From contig JASFQK010000047.1 in assembly GCA_050115495.1 (NCBI GenBank), forward strand, positions 1 to 43,927: a stretch of 43,927 bases of DNA, given 5' to 3'. The notes below the pieces were generated by a model. The model had not been told where the DNA came from. It was given only the letters and a program-made list of their open reading frames with translations, and made no database searches. Shown piece after piece: positions 27,421-36,548 of this stretch. The translations under genes were made by a program, and so were the position numbers. Every line of letters begins with the position of its first letter. The stretch's first letter is position 1. The DNA is from Phycisphaerae bacterium. GTDB lineage: Bacteria > Planctomycetota > Phycisphaerae > UBA1845 > Fen-1342.

Positions 27421-29591
27421 GGCCTGAATTCCGGCGGCAGTTCGTCCGACCGGTTCAGCCGCTCGTACGTCACGGCCAGCTCCCGCTTGAAGCGCATCAG
27501 GTCCATGAACTCGACGTGCCCGTCAAGGAAGAGCACCCACGTTCCCGTATCGTCCCGCACGCGCTCGTACGCCTGGATGTTCCGCCAGTCGTCCCTGCCG
27601 CTCTGACCGCCGATGAGGATGTACGGCTCCGGGTCGTCCGGAGCCAGCGGCGAGGCCAGCACTTCGTGGGTCAGTATGCCCTCGTCGATGAGCTGCTCCA
27701 GATTGTCGGGGTAGTGCTCGTCGTGGTCGTTGGACCAGATGTGGCAGCCCGTGCCGATCTGTTTGAGATGGGCGGCGCTGGTCACGGCCTTGGCCTGGTG
27801 GCGGGCATCCGCGAGCGCGGGCAGCATGACCGACGATCCCACGGCCGCGGCGCCGATCAGCGCCGTCAGCGGTATGCCGTGGCCCACGTTCGCGCAGAGG
27901 ATGCCGTCCTTGTCCGTGCTCGACGTACCCACGTAGTTGCCAACCTTGGCGAGCTGCGCCGGCAGCGGCGGCATGACCTCCAGGTCCATCTCGATCCCGC
28001 ACTTCGCCAGCATCGAGACGCCCATGGTCTGCAGGGCGGTCACGATCGGGTAGAGGCACCGGGCGTAGTACTTCGAATCGGCGTAGCCGATACCGAGCAC
28101 GTCCTTGGGCAGGTGCGCCCGGGCGGCCTTGAAGGACGGGTTGTCGAGGATGCTCGGGCCGCGCGTCTTCGGGTTGATCTGCTGCAGCGCCGCGGCCACC
28201 GTCTGCGGATAGAGCGCCAGCACGAAGCGACCTTCGGTGAAGCACCAGGCTGGAGCGACCGGCGAGGGCAGGCCCGGCAGCAGCACGTAGTGGATCGTCA
28301 CGCCGTCGCACTGCATCGTGCACTGCTTGACGGTGTAATCCTCTTCCTCTTCCAGGAAGTTGCTGAACAACGTGATGGACCGCGAGAGGATGTCCTGCAG
28401 CGCCTTCGCGTCGCGCACGTCGACGGCCAGCACCGTGCCGGTGCCCAGCAATCCGCCGTGCGCCGGGGCGTCGTACAAGGCCCACGTGTCGCCGAACACA
28501 GGCAGCAGGTCTTCCGTCGGTGAGAAGCCCACGACCTCCTTGGCCATGGCCATCGCCCCGTCCACCATGCTGCCGGCCTCGGGGACGAGCGTGGTGACGA
28601 CGCGCATCGTCTCCATCCAGCACTTGTGCAGATCGAAGTTGTTGACCTGGAGGCAGTAGGCATCCTGCGGCACGATCTTCAGATCGTCGTCGGTGAGCAG
28701 CTCCTGCTCCCACAGCGTGAGCAGCCCGGTGCGCGGGCCGACCACGTGGGCGAAGATCATCGTCCGCGGCATGTTGTCGATGTCGTCGATGTGCAGGTAC
28801 TTCGAGCGGACGGAGCTGATCCCCGTCTCGTCGAGCACCTGCTGCACCATGGGCGGTAGCTCGCCCATCATGGCCGTCGCGAACGCCTTGCCGCGCTCGA
28901 CCGTGCGCTCCACGTTTCCGAACAGGCAGAAGTGATACTTGTCGAACTTCGCCCCCACCTTCCGCCGGTCGAAGCGCAGCTCTTCCGAATCGGCCAGCGT
29001 CGGCGCCGTGCCGTTCAGGCAGGCGATGACCTTACCGGCCGCCTCCTCGCCGAAGGTCAGGATGAAGTGATTGCGATGCAGGCCCCACAGGAACGCGTCC
29101 GGGGCGTGGGGCGGCTGCAACCTCTTCAGTGACACGCCCGCCACCGAGGCCGGCTCGACGTCGTCCTCGGCATTGACCGTCTCCAGGAACGTGGCGATGG
29201 CGTTCGTATATCCGCTGACCTGGTCGCCGGCCTTGGCCACCAGGGCCACCTGGAAACAGGGCTCGTTGTCAATCACGGACACGTCCAGCAGGCCGAGGCC
29301 CACCGAGCCCGTGTACGCCGGCACCAATGCCTTCAGCAGAGCGGTCACCAGCTCGGCGGCCTCGTCGTCGTCGAGCAGTTCCTCGAGTTCGTCCATCTTG
29401 TCGGCCAGTTGGCGGACCATGCGGATGTCCGGCGAATCCACCGCGTACCAGTCAGACCAGCCGATGTACAGCAGCGTGTCTGCCGGCATGGCCGCGGCCA
29501 TATCCTTCGGTTCCGCCCCCTGGGCCAGGGGACAGGCGGCCAGCAGCAACACCGCCCCGATCAGTGGCCACGTTTTCCAGCCGTACCGCAT
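27417..29591 (-). CDS. Large exported protein (DUF3352-like body) with C-terminal pilin-like/DUF1559-type module
   Basis: AAGGAGG RBS; Sec signal MRYGWKTWPLIGAVLLLAACPLAQG; C-terminal MLPALADARHQAKAVTSAAHLKQIG..YP and VLFLDGHVE. Confidence 0.72.
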   Translation of the reverse strand: MRYGWKTWPLIGAVLLLAACPLAQGAEPKDMAAAMPADTLLYIGWSDWYAVDSPDIRMVRQLADKMDELEELLDDDEAAELVTALLKALVPAYTGSVGLGLLDVSVIDNEPCFQVALVAKAGDQVSGYTNAIATFLETVNAEDDVEPASVAGVSLKRLQPPHAPDAFLWGLHRNHFILTFGEEAAGKVIACLNGTAPTLADSEELRFDRRKVGAKFDKYHFCLFGNVERTVERGKAFATAMMGELPPMVQQVLDETGISSVRSKYLHIDDIDNMPRTMIFAHVVGPRTGLLTLWEQELLTDDDLKIVPQDAYCLQVNNFDLHKCWMETMRVVTTLVPEAGSMVDGAMAMAKEVVGFSPTEDLLPVFGDTWALYDAPAHGGLLGTGTVLAVDVRDAKALQDILSRSITLFSNFLEEEEDYTVKQCTMQCDGVTIHYVLLPGLPSPVAPAWCFTEGRFVLALYPQTVAAALQQINPKTRGPSILDNPSFKAARAHLPKDVLGIGYADSKYYARCLYPIVTALQTMGVSMLAKCGIEMDLEVMPPLPAQLAKVGNYVGTSSTDKDGILCANVGHGIPLTALIGAAAVGSSVMLPALADARHQAKAVTSAAHLKQIGTGCHIWSNDHDEHYPDNLEQLIDEGILTHEVLASPLAPDDPEPYILIGGQSGRDDWRNIQAYERVRDDTGTWVLFLDGHVEFMDLMRFKRELAVTYERLNRSDELPPEFRP

Positions 29592-29762
29592 CGCCGTCCT
29601 CCTTCGTGTCTTGAAGCCCGGGGCAGTCATACCAGGACCGCCACCCTCTGTTTCACTCTTTTTGAAACTCCGGAAACGACTGATAGTTGCTCTGGGTATC
29701 CGAACCCGTGGGCATTATATTCGCTGCCGGCAACCGGCAACACCGCTGTGAAGGGCCGTTCC

Positions 29763-30587
29763 ATGGCGTGGCAGCTTGGCGTCGTGTCGTTTCTGAACTC
29801 CCGGCCGCTCATCGACGGGCTCGACGAAGACCCGGATGTTCGCTGCCTGTTCGACGTGCCCGCCGCCCTGGCCGCCCGGCTGGCCGCGGGTGAGGTCGAT
29901 GCGGCCCTCATCCCGATCGTGGACGTGCTCCGCGCCGCCGGCCGCTACCAAGTCGTCTCCGACGCCTGCATCGGCTCCGACGGCGAGACGATGACCGTTC
30001 GCGTTTTCTCACGCGTCCCGCCCGAAGAGCTCACCACGCTCTGGGTTGACCCCGACTCGCATACGTCCGTGGCCCTAGCCCGCGTGTTGTGGCAGGAGCG
30101 CTTCGGCCGCCAACTGACGTTACAGCCGCTGTCGCCACTCAGCGCCGGCCTCGCCGGCGTCGAGGCGGCCCTGCTCATCGGCGACAAGGTCGTCGATCCC
30201 TCGCGCGAGCGCTTCCCCCACGAAATCGACTTGGGCGACACCTGGCGACAGCACACCGGTTTGCCCTTCGTCTTCGCCGTCTGGGCCGTCCGCGCCGGGG
30301 ACGACACTCCCGGCGAGTCGCTCGCCACGTTGCTGTCCGAGGCCCGCGACCGCGGCGTCCGCCGGGCGGGCGAGCTCGCCGCCGCCTTCGGGCCGCAGCG
30401 CGGCTGGCCGGTCGACCTCGCCGTCCGCTACCTCAGGCAGTGCCTGACCTTCACGCTCGACGCGCGCCACGTCGCCGGCGCTGAACGCTTCGCCCGCTCC
30501 TGCGCCGCACTCGACCTCGTGCCGGCGCGCGCCGAGATCCCCTGGTCCGGACACGTTTCGGCCGCGGGGCCCGTCCGAACGCCATGA
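29763..30587 (+). CDS. mqnA: Chorismate dehydratase (futalosine pathway)
   Basis: LGVVSFLNSRPL, DVPAAL, ACIGSDG, SHTSVAL, LLIGD, DLGDTW..TGLPFVFAVW. Overlaps mqnC (ATGA). Confidence 0.92.
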   Translation: MAWQLGVVSFLNSRPLIDGLDEDPDVRCLFDVPAALAARLAAGEVDAALIPIVDVLRAAGRYQVVSDACIGSDGETMTVRVFSRVPPEELTTLWVDPDSHTSVALARVLWQERFGRQLTLQPLSPLSAGLAGVEAALLIGDKVVDPSRERFPHEIDLGDTWRQHTGLPFVFAVWAVRAGDDTPGESLATLLSEARDRGVRRAGELAAAFGPQRGWPVDLAVRYLRQCLTFTLDARHVAGAERFARSCAALDLVPARAEIPWSGHVSAAGPVRTP

Positions 30588-31924
30588 GCACGACCGACCG
30601 CACGTCGACCCCTCGCCTTACGGATGAGCAGGCCCTGCACCTGTACCGCGCGGCCTCGCTGCACGAACTCGGCCGCCGCGCCGCCGCTCGCACCGCCGAA
30701 TTGCATCCCGAGCCCTATCGCACGTACGTCGTCGATCGCAACATCAACTACGCGAATGTCTGCACCGCCCGCTGCCTGTTCTGCAACTTCTCCCGCCAAC
30801 CGGGCGACGATGCGGCGTACGTGCTCAGCTTTGTGGAGATCGGCCGCAAGATCGAAGAGCTGCTCGCCATCGGCGGCACGCAGATTCTCATGCAGGGCGG
30901 GCTCGTGCCGGGCGAGGATCACCCCAGCGGACAGGGCCGTCCCTTCTCGTGGTATCTCGAGCTGCTGCGCTTCGTCAAAACGCACTACCCGACGATCCAC
31001 ATTCACGCGTTCAGCCCGCCGGAGATCTGGGCGTTTCATCGTATGTTCGACATTCCGCTCGCCGACGTGCTCCGCCGACTGCAGGACGCCGGCCTGGACA
31101 CGATTCCGGGCGGTGGGGGGGAGATCCTCGTCGATCGCGTGCGGCGGAAGATCGGCCGCGGCAAGGCGATGACGGACGAATGGCTCGGCGTCATGCGGGC
31201 CGCGCATCAGATTGGCATGAAGACAAGCTGCACGATGATGTTCGGGCACATCGAGACGATCCCCGAACGCATCGAGCATCTCCGCCGACTGCGCGACCTC
31301 CAGGACGAAACCGGCGGCTTCACCGCGTTCATCCACTGGCCCTTCCAGCCCGAAGGCACGCCGTTGGGTCGATGGTCCCAGGCGCCGGCGGCCGACACGG
31401 AGGTCGGCCGTTGCGAGGGGAGTCGTGAGTCTGTTGGCGACCGACGTCGGCCACGGGGGGCCGACGCTACAAAGACGGCCGGCACGGAGACCGGCCGCTA
31501 CGAGGTGGCCGATCGGAACGACGCACCCGGTGTGCCACTGCTCTTGAGCAGTGCAGACTCCAGTGATTCTGCCGCTCTCGCCGCCACCCTCCGCCCCGAA
31601 CCCGATGGCGAGCGCCTCTTCCTCGCCGACGCCGATGCATACTTGCGATTGCTGGCGGTCGCTCGTCTCTATCTCGACAACATCCCGAACATCCAGTCGA
31701 GCTGGGTGACGATGGGGCCGAAGATCGGCCAACTGGCCCTGCTCTTCGGGGCGAACGACATGGGCTCAGTGATGATGGAGGAGAACGTCGTCTCTTCTGC
31801 CGGCACGACCTTCCGCCTCAACGAGGAGCAGATCCGCCGACTGATCACCGACGCCGGCTGGACGCCTCGTCGGCGGGACCAGTACTACCGCCCGCTCGAC
31901 GACCCGCCGACGGCGTCCGGCTGA
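30584..31924 (+). CDS. mqnC: Cyclic dehypoxanthinyl futalosine synthase (radical SAM) carrying an in-frame REP-derived insertion
   Basis: RTYVVDRNINYANVCTARCLFCNF (CxxxCxxC), ILMQGG, PGGGGEIL, TMMFGHIE, NIQSSWVTMG, GANDMGSVMMEENVVS. Confidence 0.9.
   Translation: MSTTDRTSTPRLTDEQALHLYRAASLHELGRRAAARTAELHPEPYRTYVVDRNINYANVCTARCLFCNFSRQPGDDAAYVLSFVEIGRKIEELLAIGGTQILMQGGLVPGEDHPSGQGRPFSWYLELLRFVKTHYPTIHIHAFSPPEIWAFHRMFDIPLADVLRRLQDAGLDTIPGGGGEILVDRVRRKIGRGKAMTDEWLGVMRAAHQIGMKTSCTMMFGHIETIPERIEHLRRLRDLQDETGGFTAFIHWPFQPEGTPLGRWSQAPAADTEVGRCEGSRESVGDRRRPRGADATKTAGTETGRYEVADRNDAPGVPLLLSSADSSDSAALAATLRPEPDGERLFLADADAYLRLLAVARLYLDNIPNIQSSWVTMGPKIGQLALLFGANDMGSVMMEENVVSSAGTTFRLNEEQIRRLITDAGWTPRRRDQYYRPLDDPPTASG
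31387..31553. repeat. Four REP-like palindromes inside the mqnC reading frame
   Basis: 31387-31414 (degenerate); 31443-31470 identical to 3784 and 21922; 31474-31501 identical to 3753; 31530-31553 identical to 19561 and 21869. Confidence 0.92.
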
Positions 31925-32170
31925 AAACGGGGACTGGCTCCGCGCGCAGCATCGTCAGTTCTCGGCGTCACCCCGCACCGCGGTGCCTGTCCCCTTTTTC
32001 AGCGCCAGGTTCGCCAGACCGCGCTACCCCTCGAAGCCGGTCCGCCCTTTTTCCGCCGACGATGCCGATAGGGTGGGTGAGCTTGTGAATCAACCGGGGT
32101 GGGTCGGGCGTCTCGCCCGACATTCGTTGACTTCAGGGCGAGAATGGCAGGCGAGACGCCTGCCCCACCC
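31924..32170. repeat. Two inverted-repeat pairs (REPIN-like)
   Basis: AAAACGGGGACTGGCTCCGCG (31924-31944) vs CGCGGTGCCTGTCCCCTTTTT (31979-31999); GGGTGGGTCGGGCGTCTCGCCCGAC (32097-32121) vs GGCAGGCGAGACGCCTGCCCCACCC (32146-32170). Confidence 0.75.
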
Positions 32171-32248
32171 GGAGTTGAGGATTGTCTCACAGGCTCAGCA
32201 GCCCGCGCTATACCTGACTGGGCGGGCCGAGACTTATCGGACGACGCA

Positions 32249-33526
32249 ATGTCCCTGCCCGAACACGACCAACCCTTCGCCGCCATCCGGCCCTCGACCG
32301 CCGGCGCGTTGCTGCTGACGGTGCTGCTCATCGGCACGACGATTCGCTTCGCGGTCGTGCACCCGGTCCGCAACTACCTTGAAGACTTCCGTGCTTACTA
32401 CGCCGCCGGCTGGGCCCTGACGCACGACGTCAACCCGTACGACATTGACACGATCCACGAGCGGCTGTTGCTGCCGGGCAAGCAGCCGGTGTACTACTAC
32501 CCGTATCCGCCGCCGTCGCTGATCGTGCCGGCTCCGTTCAGCCTGGTGCCGTATCCGCTGGCACAGTTGCCGTGGTGCCTGTTCGCGATGGCCCTGGCCG
32601 TCATTTCGTTCTCGCTGCTGTGCCGCGCCGCCGAGCTGCCGCTAAGCTCGCCGGCGGGAGTGTTGCTCGGCTTCGCATTCTTCAGCAGCAGTTCTGTGTT
32701 CGAGCTGTTCCGCTGGGGGCAGTTCGACATGGTCGTGCTGGTGCTGCTGGCGCTGGCGGTGCTCGCCGCCACGCGGGCTCGTGTAGCTTTCGCGGGCGTG
32801 GCGGTCGCCCTGGCCGCACTCGCGAAAGTGACGCCGTGCGTGTACCTGGGCGTGTTCGTCCTCCGCCGACAGTGGCGGGCATTGTGGGCCGGCCTTGTCG
32901 CGATCGTTGCTCTGATGCTCGGCTCGTGGGCGGTCGTCGGCACCGACGGCTTCGCGAAGTGGCTGCACTGGCTCACCTGCAAGCTCGGCGGGATCGAGCA
33001 CACCATCAGCCCGGAGAACATGAGCCTGCACGGCTACGTTTATCGGGCTTTCGTCGACCACCCCAGCCTGCATGGCCCGTCCATCCCCTGGGTCAATCTC
33101 GGCTCGGCCGCTGCCGCCATCGCCACCTACGGCGCCATCGCCGTTTTCGGCCTCATCACCGCCGCCTGGATCCTGCACCAGCGACGGGAACTGAACTCGG
33201 CGGAGGCGATCGCCGCGTGCGTGCCGGTCGTGCTGCTGATTGCTCCGATAACCTGGACGCACCACACCGTGACGCTGCTCATCCCGCTGGCACTGATCGT
33301 CGGCCGGCTGGCTCGCGTGCGGCGGGCGTGGCTGGACACGCTCTGGGTCGGGCTGATCCTGCTGCTCTGGACGGTCTGGCCGGTGCAGCGGTTCAACCTC
33401 GAACTGCCCGACACCGTCCGGCACCTGTTCGCCCCGACGGTCACGTACGCCATCGGGCTGACGTGGCTGTTCATGATGTGCCGGTACGCCGGCCTGCGTC
33501 GGCGGGGGACCGTCGTCGACGCGTGA
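32249..33526 (+). CDS. GT87/DUF2029-family membrane (GT-C) glycosyltransferase
   Basis: DFRAYYAAG..NPY, YPYPP, WGQFD, ALAKVTP, ENMSL, APITWTHH; about 10 hydrophobic segments. Confidence 0.85.
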   Translation: MSLPEHDQPFAAIRPSTAGALLLTVLLIGTTIRFAVVHPVRNYLEDFRAYYAAGWALTHDVNPYDIDTIHERLLLPGKQPVYYYPYPPPSLIVPAPFSLVPYPLAQLPWCLFAMALAVISFSLLCRAAELPLSSPAGVLLGFAFFSSSSVFELFRWGQFDMVVLVLLALAVLAATRARVAFAGVAVALAALAKVTPCVYLGVFVLRRQWRALWAGLVAIVALMLGSWAVVGTDGFAKWLHWLTCKLGGIEHTISPENMSLHGYVYRAFVDHPSLHGPSIPWVNLGSAAAAIATYGAIAVFGLITAAWILHQRRELNSAEAIAACVPVVLLIAPITWTHHTVTLLIPLALIVGRLARVRRAWLDTLWVGLILLLWTVWPVQRFNLELPDTVRHLFAPTVTYAIGLTWLFMMCRYAGLRRRGTVVDA

Positions 33527-33630
33527 CCGTCGCCGCCGGTGCCGCCGGGCACTTGTTATCAGACCACGCCTGCCGCCCGTAATTCTCAGACCTTACTCAC
33601 GCCCCGCCGCGCACGGCCCGATACACCGGC

Positions 33631-34530
33631 ATGTCTGCGTCTGAATCGGCGTCCGTGGTGATCCCCCCGGCGTCTGCGGCGGCGCATGCCCGCCCGCTGA
33701 CCCGCGCTGAAGCTGCGGAATTTGCCTGCGCGCTCGGCGTCCGGCCGGAGGCGATTCGTGCGCTCGAACGCGACCCCGCCGGCCCGCTCCCGCCGGAGAT
33801 CGAGAACTACGACCAGCTCATCAGCGACCCGCTGAAGACGCGTCTGACGCTAAGCCCGGACTTCTTCGCCCGCATCAAGGCCGATCTCGCCCGGAAGATC
33901 GTCGCCCGGCACCTGCCGGACCGCGACGCCGGCACGCTGCGCGTTTTGGACGTCGGCTGCGGTACGGGCGCGCTCATGCGCTGCCTCGCGGAGGAGTATG
34001 GCGAGGTCCACGGCTGCGACCCGTCGTCGGCGATGGTGAGCCGCGCCGGCGACTGGGCCCGGCGGATGCCCGCGCCGACCGAGATCCCATTTCCGACGGG
34101 CACGTTCGACGTCGCGGTGTGCGCGTGCGTCTACCACCACATTGAGCCGCGCCTCCGGGCGCGCCATTTGGCGGAGATTCAGCGCGTTCTGCGCCCGGGT
34201 GGCGTGTTTCTCGTCTTCGAGCACAACCCGCTGAACCCGCTTACCCGGCGGATCGTCCGCCGTTGCCCGCTCGACGAAGGCGCCCGCCTCCTGCCGGCGT
34301 GGGAGACGAAGTCGCTCCTCCGCCGGGCTGGGTACCAGCACGTGCGCAACCGCTACTACCTGTTCCTGCCCGAGGTGCTCTACCGGCGAGTGGGTATCCT
34401 GGAGAGCCTGCTCAGCTTGACGGCGTTGGGCGGCCAATACTGCACGTCCGCCGTCGCCCCCGGCGTCATCCCCATCCCCAGCCGCTTCATCCCCGACCTC
34501 CGCCTCGCCGCCGCCGGCAGCGGGCGGTAG
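33631..34530 (+). CDS. Class I SAM-dependent methyltransferase
   Basis: VLDVGCGTG, PFPTGTFDVAV..VYHHI, RVLRPGG, EHNPLNPLT. Confidence 0.88.
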   Translation: MSASESASVVIPPASAAAHARPLTRAEAAEFACALGVRPEAIRALERDPAGPLPPEIENYDQLISDPLKTRLTLSPDFFARIKADLARKIVARHLPDRDAGTLRVLDVGCGTGALMRCLAEEYGEVHGCDPSSAMVSRAGDWARRMPAPTEIPFPTGTFDVAVCACVYHHIEPRLRARHLAEIQRVLRPGGVFLVFEHNPLNPLTRRIVRRCPLDEGARLLPAWETKSLLRRAGYQHVRNRYYLFLPEVLYRRVGILESLLSLTALGGQYCTSAVAPGVIPIPSRFIPDLRLAAAGSGR

Positions 34531-34557
34531 CGTCCCGCCGTCATCGCCTCCATCCGC

Positions 34558-34578
34558 GTAGGGCGGGTTTCACGCGCC
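34558..34578. repeat. GTAG REP (GTAGGGCGGGTTTCAC-CGCC family)
   Basis: Copies at 19774, 34558, 42289, 43270, 43788. Confidence 0.8.
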
Positions 34579-34830
34579 GGCTCGTCGTGCGCCGCAATCG
34601 CTCGGGGCACAATTCACGCCGCCGATCGTGGCCTGCAGGCTGCGCGGCTCCACATGGCAAACAGCACGCGACACACGATGTGGTCTTAGACAGTTCGTCA
34701 CAGCACGGAGGCTGTCAGCCAAACCACATCTTCGCGGAGACTTCACCAGGTACTGTCTCCGTGTTCATTTTCAGGAGTCATAATACTGAAGTCAGAACGC
34801 GCCACGGCAAGCCAAACAAGGAGTCACATC

Positions 34831-35643
34831 ATGTACGTGGCCGACGCTATTCTGGTGATGCTTGTCCTCCTGTTCCTGCTGGTCGTGGCAGCCGTCACGA
34901 AGGTTTCGGCTCGCTTCCGTGTGTTCTTCCGCGAGCAGGTTGGGCGACTCATGCCCAGGCACGCTCGGGACGGGATCCTCCAGGCGTTCGAGGACTACGA
35001 GGAAGACTACGGCGCGAGCCCGCTGAGCAGCTACATCTGGCTGGTGTTCTCAGCGATCGGCTCCTATCTATGGGAGCGAGCGCATAACCACTACAAGTAT
35101 GGGTTCTTCGCTGTCGTCCTGGCCGCCACCGTTGTGATGACGATTTGTTCGGCGATGTTCGCCGTACGCTCGGCGACCGCGTGGTACGCGCAGGTGTGGA
35201 TCCCGGCCGGCATCTTCATGGCGATAACGGTGCGCTGGCCGGCGTATGGTGTTCTGCTGGCGATCGCAAGCGCGTGGATCTGTGGGGTGGTCCAGCCGAG
35301 TGTCTGGCACGCGACGTGGGTGCTGCCGAATCTCGTGCAGGCCGTCTTTCTCGTGTGGTTGTATCACTACCTGGGCTGGCGCATCCGCGACATCACGCCT
35401 CTGAATATTGCGCGTTTCGCGTTCATGGTGCTAATCGCATCGATGGTTGGCGGGTTGTGTGGGGCATGGGCGGGGACCATCCATGACCTGCTGACCGGTG
35501 GGGTGTGCATCGGGACCGGGTTCGAGGCATGGGCGCAATGGACATGGAGCGATTTGGTCGGGACCCTGCTGGCCGCGCCCTTTGTCTTCGCGGGCTACCC
35601 GTGCGGGACCGAACGTGACGTAGATCAGCCGAAGCGCTCGTGA
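34831..35643 (+). CDS. Stand-alone MASE1-like membrane sensor protein
   Basis: AAGGAG RBS; VWIPAGI, PNLVQA, WAQWTWSDLVGTLLAAP match the MASE1 pattern; no output domain. Confidence 0.7.
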   Translation: MYVADAILVMLVLLFLLVVAAVTKVSARFRVFFREQVGRLMPRHARDGILQAFEDYEEDYGASPLSSYIWLVFSAIGSYLWERAHNHYKYGFFAVVLAATVVMTICSAMFAVRSATAWYAQVWIPAGIFMAITVRWPAYGVLLAIASAWICGVVQPSVWHATWVLPNLVQAVFLVWLYHYLGWRIRDITPLNIARFAFMVLIASMVGGLCGAWAGTIHDLLTGGVCIGTGFEAWAQWTWSDLVGTLLAAPFVFAGYPCGTERDVDQPKRS

Positions 35644-35719
35644 GACACGGGCAAGAGGCCCACTCGCCGGAGCATGCTGATGCCCGGCGAGGTCGTAGCG
35701 AAGGAGCTGGAGACAACGC

Positions 35720-36067
35720 ATGACGCTAACACATAAAATGTTCCTGGTCTTGAGTGAAGTATCTGTTGAGGAGGGTCGGCACGCCTACGCCATACACAAG
35801 GCATTGAACCGAGAACATCTTCCCGCATGGCTACGCCGGTCGTTTCTGGCGCCGGCAATCGGCAGCACGTACGGGGCCATCGAGGAACTGCTGCATCGAA
35901 GGCTGATTTACACCAGGTCGAGGTTGATCCGTGGAAACGCCCGCAACGTGTACTTCATGACGGCGGAAGGGCGGCGCGTGTTGTCGCAACTCTGGGCGTA
36001 CCTGGAGGAGCACAAACCCGGCAGACTGTTCAAGGGAAGACATGGCGCAACGGAGGCAGGGGGATAG
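35720..36067 (+). CDS. PadR-family winged-helix transcriptional regulator
   Basis: HAYAIHK..GSTYGAIEELLHRRLI..RNVYFMTAEGRRVL follows the PadR pattern (HGY..GtlYp.L.rLe..GlI..RkyY.lT..Gr..L). GGAG RBS. Confidence 0.8.
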   Translation: MTLTHKMFLVLSEVSVEEGRHAYAIHKALNREHLPAWLRRSFLAPAIGSTYGAIEELLHRRLIYTRSRLIRGNARNVYFMTAEGRRVLSQLWAYLEEHKPGRLFKGRHGATEAGG

Positions 36068-36090
36068 GACAACGGCGGGCGGTGGAATCA

Positions 36091-36490
36091 AGCCCCGGGT
36101 GAGCGGATGGACGCTTGGCGGCCCTTCGCGAAACCCGGGGACATGCCCCGCCCCCAGCGCCAAGCCTGCGCAATGGGCCGTGCTGCGTTCCGTCGCCCGC
36201 TGCGCGGGCTGAAGAGGGGGGCATGATGCGCCTGACCCCGGGTTCCGTCCGCCGGTGACGGTGCATTGGGGATGCGGTCGTTGTTGCCGGCTGGTGATCG
36301 GTTGCGCATAGTGTGCCCGTTCGACGGCGGACTCCACCCGGGGCTACATTCCGGGGCCCTTCGGGACCATAAGTGGGACACGCATCGGCACGGCCGGGTA
36401 CCAGTCCCGGCGGGACGGCTGAGTGTAGCCCGGCACGCAGTGCTGGGACCGCGCGACCGCTCTTTCCTTCAAGTCCCGGCGGGATGACTG
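36091..36490. repeat. MITE/REPIN-like intergenic repeat block
   Basis: Inverted AGCCCCGGGTG (36091-36101) / CACCCGGGGCT (36335-36345); direct AGTCCCGGCGGGAYGRCTG at 36403 and 36472. Confidence 0.6.
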
Positions 36491-36548
36491 AGCCCATTGC
36501 CTCGGCATCACACCGTTTCGCTGGCGTTCCGCACGCCTTGCACATTCC

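Noticed and set aside
136..28523. Long antisense ORFs (136-1488, 4871-6862, 6777-8183, 13710-15455, 15206-17662, 18188-20437, 22044-23531, 26487-28523)
   Set aside because: They are shadow frames opposite well-supported genes, expected in high-GC DNA, and show no recognisable motifs.
31370..31620. Intein or intron in mqnC
   Set aside because: No terminal His-Asn followed by Cys/Ser/Thr and no intron hallmarks. The insert is accounted for by REP sequences.
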